From positions 2,193 through 66,192 of the forward strand of contig JAQBXN010000033.1 of NCBI GenBank assembly GCA_027625095.1: a DNA stretch of 64,000 nt, read 5' to 3'. The stretch is from Planctomycetota bacterium (lineage in GTDB: Bacteria; Planctomycetota; PUPC01; JACPCR01). A program made the position numbers and the translations under genes. Under the pieces are notes generated by a model. That model was not told the DNA's origin. It saw only the letters and a program-made list of their open reading frames with translations, and searched no databases. This document shows, in pieces, positions 30,149 to 39,700 of this stretch (positions within the stretch are counted from its first letter, which is position 1; the number at the start of each line of letters is the position of its first letter).

Positions 30149-30880
30149 TTAACCTGCCAGCCCTGCCGCGTGGGCGATCCCCATCAGAGTGAGATTCGGC
30201 TGAGGATTAATCGCGTGTTCTGTGTGCTCAAGAAACCAATTCAAATCGCCGCCCGTCCCGAGGATTATGGCATCGGGCAACTCTTTGAGAAGGTTGTCCA
30301 GGATTCTGTCAAGAGCTCCCGCGCATCCCCACTGCAACCCGCTGCGGATGGCGGAGACTGTGTCCGATCCGATGGCGGAATCTACTTTTTGGGGCGCAAC
30401 CTCCGGCAGGGCTGCGGTCTGATTATGGAGAGCGCGTGCTGACATATTCAATCCGGGCGATATAGCGCCCCCGAGGAATTCACCGATCCCGCTAACTACA
30501 CTGAAGGACATCGCCGTACCAAAATCTACTACCACTACATTATCGACAGGAAAGAGATGGTGGGCCGCAAGCGCATTCAGAAGACGATCCATTCCAACGG
30601 TATCTGGTGGCCAGCACAGGTTGGTCAGTTGAATGCTTTCCCGCACGACGAGTCGTATTACCAGTTCGAATTCAGATTCCAGAGAAGCGCAGACCTGCTC
30701 CTGCATCTTGGGATTCACGCCTGCCACCGCTGCCCCTTCAGTGGCTTCCCGAACCCAGGAGGGGAACTCCTTGATCCTGAGAAAGTCATCAACAGGCAGA
30801 CGGCATGATTCTTTAATTTCGCCACTACGACAAAGGCCGAGGCTGATGTTGGTGTTTCCAATATTCGCAACGAGAGCCAT
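30149..30880 (-). CDS. coaX: Type III pantothenate kinase
   Basis: IGNTN, VGMDRL, VVDFGTA, FLGGAISPG, LHNQTAALP, IGSDTVSAIRSG, TGGD, LTLMGI. Start at ATG 30880. Confidence 0.88.
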   Translation of the reverse strand: MALVANIGNTNISLGLCRSGEIKESCRLPVDDFLRIKEFPSWVREATEGAAVAGVNPKMQEQVCASLESEFELVIRLVVRESIQLTNLCWPPDTVGMDRLLNALAAHHLFPVDNVVVVDFGTAMSFSVVSGIGEFLGGAISPGLNMSARALHNQTAALPEVAPQKVDSAIGSDTVSAIRSGLQWGCAGALDRILDNLLKELPDAIILGTGGDLNWFLEHTEHAINPQPNLTLMGIAHAAGLAG

Positions 30881-30887
30881 GGTTCGC

Positions 30888-31898
30888 CTACTGGCCAAGT
30901 TCAAAAGTGAGGGTGATGTCACGGTTCTGACGCCGCAGGTCCACACGAATCACGTCGCTGGAAATGATATCCGTCATCATGAGGACCGGATTGAACGTCT
31001 CATCGAGCGGTTTGCCGTTGACTGCCCGGACGATGTCGTTGGTTTGCATGCCATATCTGGCCAACATGGATTCATTGGTTACCCCTCCGATCTTGAAGCC
31101 GATCACCTTGTCCTCTTCACGAACGATGACGTACTTGATGCCTTTCATAACCTCAACGGGCCGTGACATGGCCTGCATGACGTCGTCACGTTTCACCACT
31201 TTGTGGAATTGGGGATCAAATTGAGTTGGTCGCTCCGGTTCAAGGTGTCTCGGCTTGTACGCGGAACTGCCGAGGCTATTCTCTTGTTCTTCCATTTTGA
31301 GGGTGATACGCCTTCCAAGATATTCGAAGACGGCTGCATCCACTTTTATCTGGACCACTTTTGCCTCCATCCCCTGCGGGCTTTCGCCGAGCATGCAGAG
31401 GCTTTGTTCTCTGGTCTTCTTGATTAACACAACCACTCCGCTGCGATTTTTTGCGGGATAGTCAAAGACGCCAATCACGCTGATAAGCGATTCCAGCGTC
31501 GGCCCTGCAGGTTCGACAATTTCTTGCTGAGGGGGAAATGCTGGTGCTGTTTCCGGGGCCTTTTCTGAAGCCACATCCAGCCCGGGAGGAGACGGTGCCC
31601 TTACCGGGACTACCTGGTCCAACATCTGCCGGGTTCGCTCGGAATCGGTCAAGTCCTTCGCTCCGGGAGGGGCGAATCGCCTGGCAAAAACCTTTAGAAG
31701 TTCCTCAGTGGAAACCTCTCTTTCCGGTTTAGCCTCAGTTGGTAGTTGGTCCTTCGTGGGCGCACTGGCCGGACGGTGTTTCTTAATCGCCGGCTGGCTC
31801 GCCTCTGAGGTAAACGCCCAATAGCCAGTGTAGGCCGTCCCCAGAATCAATCCGGTAATTAAGAGCCGCATGAACTGTAGAGAGGTTTTGGGTTTCAT
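30888..31898 (-). CDS. GspC/PulC-like type II secretion protein with C-terminal PDZ domain
   Basis: N-terminal TM, Pro-rich linker, HR-like domain (VIGVF...VVQIKVDAAVFEYLGRRITL), PDZ (GFKIGGV...GMQTNDIVRAVNG). Confidence 0.7.
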   Translation of the reverse strand: MKPKTSLQFMRLLITGLILGTAYTGYWAFTSEASQPAIKKHRPASAPTKDQLPTEAKPEREVSTEELLKVFARRFAPPGAKDLTDSERTRQMLDQVVPVRAPSPPGLDVASEKAPETAPAFPPQQEIVEPAGPTLESLISVIGVFDYPAKNRSGVVVLIKKTREQSLCMLGESPQGMEAKVVQIKVDAAVFEYLGRRITLKMEEQENSLGSSAYKPRHLEPERPTQFDPQFHKVVKRDDVMQAMSRPVEVMKGIKYVIVREEDKVIGFKIGGVTNESMLARYGMQTNDIVRAVNGKPLDETFNPVLMMTDIISSDVIRVDLRRQNRDITLTFELGQ

Positions 31899-32974
31899 CA
31901 GAAGGCCCCCTTCGAAATACCTCGAATTTCCAAATTCAGATCGTCCGGGTGATCTGAGGCCGCCAGCGCCTCTTCAAGTGAGATCACTTCTTTCCGAAAG
32001 AGATAAAGCAGGCATTGGTTGAAAGTCATGCTCCCGAAGTGCCGGCCCTCTTTCATTGCGTTCGTTAGATCGTTAACCCGCCCTTCAAGAAGCAGATCTT
32101 TGATGGTTGGCGAATTCACCATCAGCTCAAATGCCGGCACACGGCCCCTTCCGGCCTTCAACCGAATCAGCCGCAATGAAAGAATCCCAACCAGATTCAT
32201 GGCGAGTTGATGTCTAAGGAACGCATGTTGATCTGCCGGGAAGAAATTCATGATGCGTTCCAAAGTCCGGGAAGCATTAATCGTGTGCAGTGTACTGAGT
32301 ACAAAGTGGCCGGTTTCTGCCGCGGCCGTAGCGGCCTCCATAGTCTCACGGTCACGCATTTCCCCGATGAGAATAACGTCCGGGCTTTGCCGAACACAGT
32401 GTTTCAATGCCAGATAGAAATCAGAAGTGTCCCGCCCTATCTCACGCTGATTTATGATGCATTTTTTGTCCTTATAGATGTATTCAATGGGATCTTCCAG
32501 AGTGACAATGTGTTTGGGTTGGGTCTGGTTCAAATGCTCGATCATCGAGGCCAGGGCTGTGGTCTTACCACATCCAGTCGGGCCGCTGACCAGAAACAAA
32601 CCTCGCGAGGCAGAGACCAGTTTCTTGAGGCTTTCCGCGGGCAGGTTGAGCTCTTCAAGGGGGCGAACCGTGCTCATCAGGCGTCGGAGGACCAATCCAA
32701 TGTGCCCCTGCTGAAAGAAAGCGTTCACCCGGAACCGCCCGAATTCAGGATGCGTGTGGGCTGTATCTAATTCCTTCACTCTGTTCAAATCTTCCAACTG
32801 GTCTTTGCTGAAGATAGACTCTGCCACTGACCTTGGGAACTCAGGTGAAACCGGTTCCGATTGGAGAACTCGTATCTTTCCATCCACCCGAACCGAGGGC
32901 ACACATCCGACCTTGATGAAAAGATCCGATGCCGCAGTCCCTTTGCACTGTGCTAACATTTCTTCGAACGTCAT
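31898..32974 (-). CDS. PilT/PilU-family type IV pilus ATPase
   Basis: ASDLFIKVG, GRFRVNAF, SGPTGCGKTT, TLEDPIE, QREIG, PDVILIGEMRD, ETGHFVLSTLH. Start placed at ATG 32974. Confidence 0.92.
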   Translation of the reverse strand: MTFEEMLAQCKGTAASDLFIKVGCVPSVRVDGKIRVLQSEPVSPEFPRSVAESIFSKDQLEDLNRVKELDTAHTHPEFGRFRVNAFFQQGHIGLVLRRLMSTVRPLEELNLPAESLKKLVSASRGLFLVSGPTGCGKTTALASMIEHLNQTQPKHIVTLEDPIEYIYKDKKCIINQREIGRDTSDFYLALKHCVRQSPDVILIGEMRDRETMEAATAAAETGHFVLSTLHTINASRTLERIMNFFPADQHAFLRHQLAMNLVGILSLRLIRLKAGRGRVPAFELMVNSPTIKDLLLEGRVNDLTNAMKEGRHFGSMTFNQCLLYLFRKEVISLEEALAASDHPDDLNLEIRGISKGAF

Positions 32975-33338
32975 ACGCGGGATTCTATCCGCGTGGTTCC
33001 TGACGGGCAAAGCTGTGGGCGTAACACATATCGCCGCCGTAAGGCCGTAACCAAAAGGAAGAGAAGTGCTTCCAACGAATTCAAGGAAACAACGCATGGG
33101 GAAGCCAAAATCTTTCAAAGAAAACAAGAAACTCAACTGTAACCGTGCGTAGGGCGTAATTGTTGCCCGAATTCAGATCCCAAATGTTAGTGTGTGCATT
33201 AGAATGCCCGGGATGGAGCTATCGCAGCGAAGAGCTTCACAGACTATTTCACCTGTGGAGAGTCCCCCAGGAGTATTCACATAGCTGGACCTACCCTCTC
33301 CTTAAGTATTACAGATTACGCCTTACGTCTTACGTCCC

Positions 33339-34115
33339 ATGATTCTCGACGAAATTGTTGAAAATACGCGCCTGGTAGTTGAGAACTCAAAGTGGCTCAA
33401 ACCGCAGTCGCAGTTAGAGCAAGAGATTAAGAGTAAGAGGGCGCCTCGTGGTTTTGCGGTGGCATTGAAGACGCCTGGCCGAATTCGAATCATCTCGGAG
33501 CTTAAGAAGGCATCCCCTTCAGGGGGGCTGATTCGGTCAGATTTCGATCCGGAGAGCATCGCCGAGATGTACGAAAACAATGGTGCCGCTGCAGTATCGA
33601 TTCTGACCGATGAAAAATACTTTCAGGGCCGGCTTACATTTATTGAACGAGTCAAAACAGTTATCGACCTCCCAGCGCTGCGTAAGGATTTTATGATCGA
33701 TCCGTATCAGTTTTGGGAAGCCCGAGCGGCTGGGGCCGACTGCATACTCCTGATCGTTCGAATTCTTTCGGACAACCAGATTCGAGATTTTCTCAGTCTG
33801 ACGAAAGATCTTGAAATTGACGCCCTTGTTGAGACTCATTCCGCCTCCGAAATCGAGCGTGCACTGGCTGCCGGAGCGGAACTCCTGGGCATCAACAATC
33901 GCGACCTCGATACCCTCGAAGTCGATTTGGATTCGACCCGAAAGCTTCGTGCGCTCGTTCCAGACGGCCTGACGCTGGTCAGCGAAAGCGGAATCAAAAC
34001 TGCCGATGACATTCGCAGACTGCGCGACTGGGGAGTGGACGCGGCACTCATTGGCGAGTCACTGATGCGAGCCGCCAATCCCGGGGCCCTTCTTTACGAG
34101 TTTGCAAATGCCTGA
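33339..34115 (+). CDS. trpC: Indole-3-glycerol phosphate synthase
   Basis: ISELKKASPSGG, SILTDEKYFQG, LRKDF, GADCILLI, GINNRDL, SESGI, LIGESLM. Confidence 0.95.
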   Translation: MILDEIVENTRLVVENSKWLKPQSQLEQEIKSKRAPRGFAVALKTPGRIRIISELKKASPSGGLIRSDFDPESIAEMYENNGAAAVSILTDEKYFQGRLTFIERVKTVIDLPALRKDFMIDPYQFWEARAAGADCILLIVRILSDNQIRDFLSLTKDLEIDALVETHSASEIERALAAGAELLGINNRDLDTLEVDLDSTRKLRALVPDGLTLVSESGIKTADDIRRLRDWGVDAALIGESLMRAANPGALLYEFANA

Positions 34116-34578
34116 CACCAAAAAAAGCGGCCTGAGGAGGGTCGTCTCCCTGTTTCTGATCCCGGTTCTTCTCGTTGCCGGCGGCTTTTTCCTTGCCTGG
34201 GCATCTCAATCACGAATGAATGAATCATTTGACGGTATCAGTTTGTCTCCGTGCGGCTCGGCCCCGAATTGTGTCTGTTCCCAGGACGACAGTGCCTCGA
34301 AGGTCTTGCCGCTTACATTTACTGGTTCACTAAAAGATGCCGCCGAAGCGATCAGTAAAGCGATGTTAACCATCGGCCGCTCGAAATTGTTAAAACAAGA
34401 TGACCGTTACCTGCATTATGAATGCAAGAGCGTTTTCTTCGGTTTTGTGGATGACATCGAGTTCCTGATTGAAGCCCGTAAAGGGATCATCCACGTGCGA
34501 TCAGCCTCGCGAGTTGGGTATTCGGATTTTGGCGCTAATCGACGTCGTGTTGAAAGAATACGCGCTGCGATGAAATGA
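34108..34578 (+). CDS. DUF1499 domain protein
   Basis: LSPCGSAPNCVCSQ, FGFVDDIEF, IHVRSASRVGYSDFGANRRRVE. Confidence 0.88.
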   Translation: MPDTKKSGLRRVVSLFLIPVLLVAGGFFLAWASQSRMNESFDGISLSPCGSAPNCVCSQDDSASKVLPLTFTGSLKDAAEAISKAMLTIGRSKLLKQDDRYLHYECKSVFFGFVDDIEFLIEARKGIIHVRSASRVGYSDFGANRRRVERIRAAMK

Positions 34579-34686
34579 ATTTGGCTACGGAGGACTCCCA
34601 AACATCACCACCAACATTGAACATTTTCTTAAGGCTGCAATATGAAGCCTGTCCTGCTTTATGAACTGTCTGGAGCCCAAGCGATT

Positions 34687-35733
34687 ATGAAATCAATAGT
34701 TGCGATTTTTCTTCTTCTAACTTCAACGTCTTACTGCGAGGACAAACGTCTCGGCCCGCCAGCCGAACCATTGAAAGGAAGGTACTGGGATCAGGCTTTC
34801 CTGCCGACGGCAGCGTATGGCTCCTACAACTCGTTCATCAAAAGACCGGACGGAAAGTTGGAACTGTGGAACAACACCATCGGCGACGGACCGGAAGACG
34901 GCCTTGCCCGTTTCATTGGAACGAGCCCGACCGAGTGGGGTGCTCCCGAGATTGTTGTGCCTCATAACATCATCAACGATGTCTTCGACAAAGATGGCAA
35001 ACCGTCCGTCATACGGCGATACACCAGGCCATCGGTTCTGTATCACGAGAAGGATGGATACTTTCTCGTCCCTCACGTCTCTGATGGATATCCGCCGCGG
35101 CAGGGAAGTGTCTATCCGGCTTTGATTGCATCGAAGACGGGAAACCCCGGTTCATGGGTGTACCACGGCAAACTACGCGGTGAGATTGAAGAGTTCTGGC
35201 CTGGCAAGAATTCTCGCTGGGCTGATGGACGTGGCCTTTTCTACCAGCCCGACTTCACTGAGCTGAATACAAAAGAACCCACGAAGAATCGCTTTCTGTT
35301 CTTCTCAAATCAATATCCAGGCCAGGGGTGTCTGGCCCTTCTTTATTCTGCGGACGGCAAGGAATGGCACTTTTATCGCTCCGAGGGAAATATCGTAAAT
35401 CTCTTACCCGAGCCGTTGCGAACCAGGAGTATGATCTTTCCGCACGTGATGCGCGCGGGAAAACATGGCTGGTATGCGTGGATTTCTGAGAAATGGCCAC
35501 CAGAAGCTATCTGGCGGATTCATTCGATGGACGGCATGACCTGGAAGCTCTTCGGCGAGCAACCGGAGGTGGTAAGACCCAAGGATGTAACCATCAAGAC
35601 TCTGTGCGCGTGGTATGACGAGACCGCGGACCTCCTGCATGGCTATGTTTCCGTCTGGGAGAAGGTCGGGGACGATATCAACTACCGGCTTTATCACTCC
35701 AGCAGCCGGCAGTTCTCGATTGGTTCTGATTGA
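34687..35733 (+). CDS. Secreted hypothetical protein, probable beta-propeller glycoside hydrolase-like fold
   Basis: Signal peptide MKSIVAIFLLLTSTSYC; repeated SADGKEW/SMDGMTW/SKTGNPGSW blade motifs. Confidence 0.6.
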   Translation: MKSIVAIFLLLTSTSYCEDKRLGPPAEPLKGRYWDQAFLPTAAYGSYNSFIKRPDGKLELWNNTIGDGPEDGLARFIGTSPTEWGAPEIVVPHNIINDVFDKDGKPSVIRRYTRPSVLYHEKDGYFLVPHVSDGYPPRQGSVYPALIASKTGNPGSWVYHGKLRGEIEEFWPGKNSRWADGRGLFYQPDFTELNTKEPTKNRFLFFSNQYPGQGCLALLYSADGKEWHFYRSEGNIVNLLPEPLRTRSMIFPHVMRAGKHGWYAWISEKWPPEAIWRIHSMDGMTWKLFGEQPEVVRPKDVTIKTLCAWYDETADLLHGYVSVWEKVGDDINYRLYHSSSRQFSIGSD

Positions 35734-35811
35734 AATCCGCAGGAAAGCCGCCTCTCAGTGTGGGGCCCTTCCTCCCGTGTCAGGACCTCCCCAGCGGACC
35801 GCGGCCGCGCC

Positions 35812-35936
35812 TTAGAGTCTTTGGCTGTGACTCCTCCGCGAGGTGCGGAGAACATTGTAGCACGGACTGCCTAGTCCCTGACCCGGCGGACTAGGCAGTC
35901 CGGCCTACGATTGGTTGCGGCCAAGGGCCGCATTAG
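35812..35936. repeat. TTAG-delimited palindromic cassette, copy 2 (GTAG...CTAC REP-type core)
   Basis: TTAG at 35812 and 35933; hairpin CTCCGCGAGGTGCGGAG; core GTAGCACGGACTGCCTAGTCC...GGACTAGGCAGTCCGGCCTAC (35857-35908); right hairpin GCGGCCAAGGGCCGC. Confidence 0.75.
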
Positions 35937-36315
35937 AGCCCAGGCCAAAATGATATTGCCATTGTTTACAGTCCCAAGGGGCCGCTGGCGAGTAACCCCT
36001 GGTTTTGACCCTTGTCATTACCCAAACTTTTCTGCCCCGAAGGGGCTCAGGCAAGTAGCCGGTGGTTTTTAACCACCGGAAACCTGCACAAATTCGTCTT
36101 CAAGCCCCGGAGGGGCTTCAATGGTCTATCTCCACACAATCCGGTGGTTAAAACCACCGGCTACTTGCCTTTACGCCTCCGGCGTAACTGATATGAAGTT
36201 TGGGTAATGACAAGGGTCAAAACCATGGGCTACTCGCCTGTCGCCCTCCTGGACTTCGGATCGCATGTCTGCGTAGGCCGGAAGTTGGCAACATGATTTC
36301 GATCAGTGTCCTTAG
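35933..36315. mobile_element. Nested inverted-repeat (MITE-in-MITE) non-autonomous element
   Basis: 43-bp IR 35987-36029/36196-36238 (2 mismatches); inner 31-32-bp IR 36049-36080/36140-36170; GCCCCGAAGGGGC and GCCCCGGAGGGGC hairpins; weaker outer IR AAAATGATATTGCCA/TGGCAACATGATTTC. Confidence 0.7.
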
Positions 36316-36700
36316 AGATCCTTCTCTGAGTCTTACAGGCGGGACGCCCGGCAGACAGATTTGGTCTTGGGCCCCGCTTTCACTAGCCGTCTGCAACTGC
36401 TCAAAACTTAACAGAAGTGTCAAGTTTTCAGAGCGGCGGACAATCGTAGCTCTGGCTTCCAGGCCGGAGTTCTTGCGAACTGAGATTATGGCAGGTTAAA
36501 AACCTGCCCCACATTTTCGCCGCCCTGAAGGGCAGCGCTACAAGGGACCGCTCGACGGTTTGAGGCGAAGCGCTACTAGTCCAAGACGGATGAGTTTTGA
36601 CGGATTTCTGACGGGTCGGCCCGTTTTCGGAGGATGGCCGTCCTCGGCCGTCTCTTGCCCGACAACTCAAGACTGGCGGGGACTCCCATCCTACATTGCC
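36312..36700. repeat. Cluster of assorted REP-like palindromes
   Basis: ACAGGCGGGACGCCCG; GTAGCTCTGGCTTCCAGGCCGGAG; GGCAGGTTAAAAACCTGCC; CGCCGCCCTGAAGGGCAGCGCTAC; GGATGGCCGTCCTCGGCCGTC...GACTGGCGGGGACTCCCATCCTAC. Confidence 0.55.
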
Positions 36701-36735
36701 AATGCAGAAATCCGTAATAACACCTCCGTCCTGGC

Positions 36736-39700
36736 CTACCTGTTCCTTGGATATTCCACTTTTGTGCCCTGTCTCTCTAATCGTTTCAAGAATTCCACAG
36801 AGCTCTCGGTGAGGTTCTTCAAATCCGGGACGACTAATTTCTTCAGGCTGTCGGTGCCAATCAGCGGTGTCAGGTCAGCCACTTCTGTGTTCTCGAGAGA
36901 AATTGTTTCGAGAGGCATTCCCCGTAATGGGGCAAGGCTGGTCACTGGACATAAATTCAGGATGAGAGATCGAAGAGGCATTCCCTCCAGGGGTGTCAGA
37001 TCGGCGATTTTCGAATTACTGATATCGAGGTCGGTCAATTCCATTCCCTGGAGGTGTTTAAGATCATTGATTCCTGTGAACGCGAGGCTCAGAGCCCTGA
37101 GTGGGATGTCACGGAGCGGTGAAAGGTCTTTGACAAGGATCGCGGCGTTCAGATTGAGCGAATCGAGTTTCAGATCGCTCAAGACCTCAAGCTTTGCAAT
37201 GGTCGAGCCACTCAGGTTGAGGTTTGTAAGTTCGAGGGAAGCAAGGTCGCCGAAATGTTGAATATCCAAGGCTGAGAGATTCAAGGATGCGATATGAATC
37301 CCTTCAAGGGGACGTAGATCTGTCACTTCCGTTTCTGCAATATTGAGGTGAATGAGAGGCATCCCCTTCAGTGGCTCTAATCGTTGAATCGGTGTCTGCT
37401 GCGCTTCGAGATAACTCAGTGGTGCGCCTTTCAATGGCGAGAGGTCTTTCACTTTAGTCCCGCTCATCTTTAAGGATTGGAGCGGCATTCCGTTCAGCGG
37501 AGTCAGGTCGCTGATATCCAGACCGGAGATATCCAAATCCTGAATTGGATAGCCCTGCAAGCCGTCGAGACTGGTAACAGAGGTCTTCTTCAAATTCAGA
37601 CGGATCAGCGGCAGTCGGATTTTCTTTAGCGGCGTGAGATCAGAGACGGAGCTTTCCTCGAGATCGAGAGTTTCGAAATTCAGGTCGTGCAGCAAAGCGA
37701 GGTTGTTTAATTTCGTCCCCTTGAGGTCAGAAATGTTGAAGTCATCTTTGACATTGCTGGACTTGAGTTCGCAGCCTTGTCGATAAAGATCGAACAGCAC
37801 CTTGAACGACTCGGAGTTCAGTTTGTCTAGTGGCGGTGGGACCAGTTTCTGGATTTTTTTGCCTTCCAGCCATGTCAGGTCGTCTATCCCGGTTTTCATG
37901 AGGTCCAGTTCGACGAACGGCATGTGTTTGAGCTTCTGCCAATCCCAGAGGCGTTCCTGATTATCCAGAAACAGGTGTTTCAATTTCATGTCAGTGATTG
38001 GCAGCAAGTCAAAGACTTTGGTCTGTCCGACGTTGAGACTTTCCAGGGGCAGACTTGCTATAGGTTTAAGATCTTCAACTTTCTTTGAGCCCCAGAGACT
38101 GAGCTTTTTGAGGGGCATGCCTTTCAATGGTTTCAAATCCCATATAGAAGTGTTCTCCACGTGCAGGGCTCTGAGCGGCATGCCGGACAATGGCCCCAGG
38201 TCTGTCAGATTGGAAGCGTTACGAATGACAAGCTCACGCAGTGGGATACCGCGCAAGGGGCTCAGATCTTCGAGGAGATCCGATTGATTGAGTTCAAGGA
38301 GATCCAGGCGAACATTCAGGAGCGGCTGCAGGTACCCGACACCAGACAGTCTCAGAGAAGTGAGGACGCCCCGTTTGATTTCATACTGCACCCTCACCTG
38401 GCTCACGTTGGTATGAATCTCGATGAGCTTGCCTGAAATGGCCTCGATCTGCTCCCTGGCTTCCAGATCTTTGATGGACTCATAAAATCCTTCACAATGA
38501 ATCCAGGCGTTAGCGCGGCGCATCTTCCCTTTAACATAATCAATGCGGCTTATCCGAACCTGCTTTACCCCTTCCATGAGCGCAACTGACCGCTGCCAGG
38601 CAGTGAGCGCCTCCTGATACTTCTTTCGTTCGTAAAGGTGGTCACCAAGCTTTTCCATGCTCTCCCAGTCGCGTTCAGTATCTTTGGACTGATTGAGCCT
38701 CTGGATATTCCGCTGGATGTCCTGCTGTTTCTCATCCACTTCCAGCAGTGCCTTGAATGCCATCTTCATCCCCTTGCCAACACTGTTGGCCTTGTGAAAC
38801 CACCCTCGCGCGACATCAAACTGGCCCCGCTCGAACGCGATCATTCCGAGCGCGTAAGGGGCCCAGGGGCCATCGGGCGAGAGTTTCTGCACTGCTTCGG
38901 TGCGAATAAGAGCCTCCTGAAGAAAACCGTCGCGGGCGGCCTGTACTGCCTGAATTGCCAGTTCGCGAGCCGTGGCCCTTTCTGTGATGCCACGGCTCGC
39001 ATCGGCACTTTTTGCGGCGCCGAGCGCAGACCGCGCTACTATGGCGTTCTGTTCTGATATTCGGCGTTGGCGGCTGAGACGGAGGGTGAACAGACCGGTC
39101 AGCATTAACAGCGTCAGTATTGACGCACCGATGGTCAGACTGACCTTGAGATTGCGTTGGATGAGCTTGAGGATGCTGCGTCCGAATGAATCCGTACGAG
39201 CTGTCACGCCCCGCCCTGCAAGAAAAAGTCGAATGTCGCCGGCGAGCGCTTTTGCTGACGGATACCGGCGCCATCGATTCTTTTCGAGGCACTTCATCGC
39301 TATGGCGGACAGCTCCGGGGGGACGCGTAATTCAGGAGCACGCTTTTCCGGAGGAACAATGTCTCCCTCGGTGACATTGAGCAGAATTTCATGAACGGTC
39401 TTTCCTTCTACTGCCCGCCTAAGACTCAGAATCTCGTAAAGAATGGCTCCGAGCGAATAGATATCCGAACGATGACTGAGATTCTGGATCTCCCCCTCAG
39501 CCTGTTCCGGTGACATGTAGGCCGGCGTTCCAGTCACGGCGCCCACTCGGGTCTGTGAAACCTTCGAGTCCGCACGAATGGAGCCCACAGTTTCACTCTT
39601 CGCTTTATTCTTTTTGGCCTTCAACTTCTTGCCTTTCGATTCATCTTCGCCAACGACCTTGCCAAGCCCCCAGTCCATCACCAGCACTTCTCCAAAATCA

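Noticed and set aside
35740-36735. CRISPR array
   Set aside because: No constant direct repeat with regular unique spacers and no cas genes. The repeats are inverted.
36560-37261. 233-aa Ser/Arg-rich repetitive ORF on the + strand (and 41241-41777)
   Set aside because: Its periodicity is just the antisense reading of the LRR codons.
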